Below, piece by piece: positions 61,164 through 64,000 of a DNA stretch of 64,000 nt (positions within the stretch are counted from its first letter, which is position 1; each line of letters starts with the position of its first letter). Origin of the DNA: Nitrospirota bacterium (GTDB lineage Bacteria > Nitrospirota > UBA9217); contig CAVVOB010000012.1 in the NCBI GenBank assembly GCA_963749655.1, positions 128,001 through 192,000 of the forward strand. Direction: 5' to 3'. The notes beneath the pieces are model-generated. The model saw only the letters and a list, made by a program, of their open reading frames with translations. It had not been told where the DNA came from and did no database searches. Both the position numbers and the translations under genes were made by a program.

Positions 61164-61469
61164 ATGGCGAAAGGGACACTGGGCATCATGATAACGAAGT
61201 ATGAGAACCTGGAGCATGTTTCCGGCGTGGTAAAAGCCGCGAGCGCCGCAGGGCATGGGGTCATGGTTTTCATGACCGATGAAGGCGTCAGGTTCACGAA
61301 GGACCCGAAGTTCCTCGAACTGCTCAAGGTCGGCGGTGTGGAAATTTCATGCTGCGACCACAGCTGCGAGGGGGTGGGGCTCCATGACAAGACCGACGGC
61401 ATATCGTACGGCAGCCAGTACAACAACGCGATGATGCTGCATGATTGCGCGCGGGTACTGGTGTTCTGA
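61164..61469 (+). CDS. DsrE-related protein, copy 2
   Basis: VFMTDEGV, CCDHSC and YGSQYNNA. Confidence 0.85.
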   Translation: MAKGTLGIMITKYENLEHVSGVVKAASAAGHGVMVFMTDEGVRFTKDPKFLELLKVGGVEISCCDHSCEGVGLHDKTDGISYGSQYNNAMMLHDCARVLVF

Positions 61470-61494
61470 CAAATCGACAAAAGGGAGTCTGCGA

Positions 61495-61773
61495 ATGGGA
61501 GACACGAAAAAAATAGCGGTCATCGTCAGAGACCGGCCGGCAGAGGCGCTCCGCGTTGCGGGCGGACTCACGCTGGCTGACGACACCATCGAGGTCTTTG
61601 TCCTCGACGGAAAGCTTGAGAAGGAGAAGGCCGAGGTCGCGATGCCGCTCGAACTGGTGACGGATCTCGACCTGAAAGTGTATTCCAATAATGCGGCGAA
61701 CGGCTATGCGACAATCACCCTGGAGGAGATGGCAAAAAAGCTCCTTGAGTACGATGTCGTGGTCCCGTATTGA
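61495..61773 (+). CDS. small conserved protein (DsrF-like), copy 2
   Basis: KKIAVIVRDRPAEALRVAGG..MAKKLLEYDVVVPY. Confidence 0.78.
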   Translation: MGDTKKIAVIVRDRPAEALRVAGGLTLADDTIEVFVLDGKLEKEKAEVAMPLELVTDLDLKVYSNNAANGYATITLEEMAKKLLEYDVVVPY

Positions 61774-61795
61774 GCGTGACGAAGGAGATGAGACG

Positions 61796-61966
61796 GTGAA
61801 AATACTTCACATCCTGAAAAAAGCGCCGGACGCGAGCACCCGGAAGATCATTGAGCTCCAGTCGGCCGGCAATGAAGTCAAAACGATCGAGCTGTACAAG
61901 GGCGGCGTGGCCTACGACAAGCTGGTGGCCGACGCGTTCGCCTTTGACAAGGTTTTCTGCTGGTAA
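61796..61966 (+). CDS. small conserved protein (DsrH/TusB-like), copy 2
   Basis: GTG start after AAGGAG; KILHI..YDKLVADAFAFDKVFCW. Confidence 0.75.
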   Translation: MKILHILKKAPDASTRKIIELQSAGNEVKTIELYKGGVAYDKLVADAFAFDKVFCW

Positions 61967-62319
61967 GGTACATCGTCAGTGCGATCCCGGGGGCGTGAGC
62001 GTTGCTGAGGGGAACAGAGGTGTGATCTGCGCACAGGCGGGAAGCCGGCGCGGTCCTGATTTACGCTTACCGGAGATTATGGTTTACCTGCATCAATCCT
62101 GTTGTACTCTCACCTGAAAGCCGGGAACCGGAATTTTTTTCCTTTCCTGATAATAATGTATGACAGCAGCCGTGCCGGTGGCGCCGATACAGGCAGGAGA
62201 AGGTGCGACCTGTCTTTCGGTTCCGCGGGATTGCTTTTTTTCCTTTCATCGCTGTATCAAATGCCACAGCCGGACCATCCTCAATTCAACAACGCGTTGA
62301 TTTTTAAGCGCTCTAAGAA

Positions 62320-62335
62320 TGGCAATCCTATTGCA
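62320..62335 (+). promoter_or_regulatory. sigma54 (-24/-12) promoter
   Basis: TGGCAATCCTATTGCA = GG-N10-GC. Confidence 0.6.
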
Positions 62336-62483
62336 ATATCACGGCGAGATGTTTAACCACGGATAAGCGCGGATGTGCTTGACCTTGTTACCCTGTGGTT
62401 TCAAATGCCGCTTTCAGGATTGTTTTATTCTGGAAGACCGGGTGAGCCCTTGTCGCGGGCGAGTTTGTCCTTGGAGGTCATCA

Positions 62484-63410
62484 ATGCAGTGCAGAACCTG
62501 CAGCACCATGAATGATGCCGACGCCGTTTACTGTATTGAATGCGGCAGTCCGCTTGCCGGCAAACAGCAGAACGGGCTTCGGAAGCAGCGAGGGCCCTAC
62601 TGGTACGCCCTGCTCTTTGTGCCGGTCATTCTGATCGCCGTTGCCGTGGGATATTACAAGTTCTTCCTGCCCGACGGCGTGGCCGCGGAAGTGAACAGCG
62701 AATCGATCAGGATGTCGGAACTTAATGCGGCTGTTGCCCGCATGCAACAGGGGAGTTCGGGATCTCCGTGGCTCCGGTACCAGGCCCTGAACGAGTTGAT
62801 CACCGAGCGGCTCGTGATGCAGGAGGCTGAGAAGGCGGGGATCAGGGCATCCCGGGACGAGGTTTCCGCGGCAGTTGACGAAGCCCGCCGGCAGTCAGGG
62901 TTCGACCAGGGGACGTTCGGCAGGGAAATCACCTCCCGCTACGGCAGCATGCATGAATACGAGCGTTTCCTGGAGCGACGCATCACGATCAACCGTATGA
63001 TCGCAGAAAAGGTAATTCCCCGCGGGGCTGATGCTCAGACTTCCCGCAAGGCAGTGAGCCAATGGCTGCAGAAGCTTTCCGGAAGTGCTTCGATAAGGAT
63101 CGCCCTTGCCGAACAGATGCCGAGTACTGGCTGCGGCTGTAGTTCCGGGCCAGGGGACAAAACCGGACAGGGGCACGGCATGCCGTCCCGCGGTTGCGCC
63201 ATGTCGGCCAAGGCGCAGGATTCCGCAGTCTCCGACTCCCTTATGCCGGCAAAGGAAGCAGGTCTTCGCTACTGGCATGAGAAGCACGGGCCCGGGGAAA
63301 TTTCGGCGCGGGCAGCGGACTTCGGCTGTCACATCCAGGTCGACATCGTAGAAAACGGGAAAATCATCGCTTCCCTCCGGTATCAGGACGGGAACATATC
63401 TGGACTGTGA
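62484..63410 (+). CDS. zinc-ribbon + TM + SurA-N-like domain protein with a Cys-rich C-terminus
   Basis: CxxC..CxxCG, AEVNSESI, ALNELITERLVMQEA, GCGCS and DFGCHIQ. Confidence 0.7.
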   Translation: MQCRTCSTMNDADAVYCIECGSPLAGKQQNGLRKQRGPYWYALLFVPVILIAVAVGYYKFFLPDGVAAEVNSESIRMSELNAAVARMQQGSSGSPWLRYQALNELITERLVMQEAEKAGIRASRDEVSAAVDEARRQSGFDQGTFGREITSRYGSMHEYERFLERRITINRMIAEKVIPRGADAQTSRKAVSQWLQKLSGSASIRIALAEQMPSTGCGCSSGPGDKTGQGHGMPSRGCAMSAKAQDSAVSDSLMPAKEAGLRYWHEKHGPGEISARAADFGCHIQVDIVENGKIIASLRYQDGNISGL

Positions 63411-63631
63411 CACCACAGAGAGCACCGAGGAATGGCCGGGAAGACATAAAACGCCAAGGGATGAATTCGTTAAATAGGGTGTTCTCCTCTCACGACCAAA
63501 GGCCGAGCGAAAAGGACTATTGGGATGAGGACTCAGGGGATATGATTTCAGTTTTTCATCAACTCAGAAATTTCTCAGTGAACTCTGTGGTTTGATTTTG
63601 ATACTGCGAAATTGTAGAAAAGGAGATTGTT

Positions 63632-64000
63632 ATGAGCAAATGCAGCAAGTGTGGAGCGGACATGAAGGAGCAGGCAAAGTTCTGCAAAGCCTGCGGTACG
63701 GGTACGGACCTGGACAAGAAGAAGGCCCGCATTATGGCCGAAGAGAACCGGTGGAAGAAACCCCTTTTGATCGCAGCAGCACTGGTTCTTGTGTTAGGGG
63801 GCGCCTGGATTGCGAAGGGCGCTTATATGGCGAATAAGATGGGAGGCCGTCCCATGTTTGCGCCGCACCGCGACGCGTCCCTCAGATTGTCGAATGCCAT
63901 GGTGGTCAAGGATGAGAACGGAAACATCGCGATTCCTCTTACGGCTCTCGATGACGGCAAGGCCCACTTTTTATGCTTTGGCCGCAGGCGGCAAGACGAT
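63632..64000 (+). CDS. zinc-ribbon + TM + DUF2318-like protein, 3'-truncated, probable +1 indel near 63970
   Basis: AAGGAG RBS; MSKCSKCG..FCKACG, TM segment, IAIPL..LDDGKAHF. Confidence 0.65.
   Translation, partial: MSKCSKCGADMKEQAKFCKACGTGTDLDKKKARIMAEENRWKKPLLIAAALVLVLGGAWIAKGAYMANKMGGRPMFAPHRDASLRLSNAMVVKDENGNIAIPLTALDDGKAHFLCFGRRRQDD

Overview
GC-rich window (apart from a few lower-GC patches) from an anaerobic, probably Nitrospirota- or Desulfobacterota-like genome; this taxonomy is inferred from gene content only. From left to right: (1) an accessory patch with a frameshifted IS110 transposase, a BrnT/BrnA toxin-antitoxin pair, attC-like palindromes and a four-copy direct repeat; (2) a serA / DSD1-type PLP enzyme / class V aminotransferase / Fe-S pair operon facing tctCBA; (3) a lower-GC patch with an ADAL-like deaminase and a c-di-GMP-I riboswitch ahead of a SLATT-like gene; (4) TetR-AcrAB-OprM efflux; (5) LytS/LytTR with a Lol-like ABC/outer-membrane operon; (6) a sulfur-trafficking region (three YeeE/YedE genes, two TusA, two divergent DsrE + two-small-protein sets, an exported rhodanese, a monoheme beta-rich protein and a GGYG-repeat protein). 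Best leads: an ArsM-like methyltransferase (33975-34811) with two in-frame UGA codons, each followed by a SECIS-like hairpin, which the ORF track misses; and the expanded YTD-like sulfur cluster with a membrane-anchored protein resembling sulfur globule proteins. Several homopolymer frameshifts suggest sequencing indels, so pseudogene calls are tentative. All family calls come from motif recognition, not database searches.
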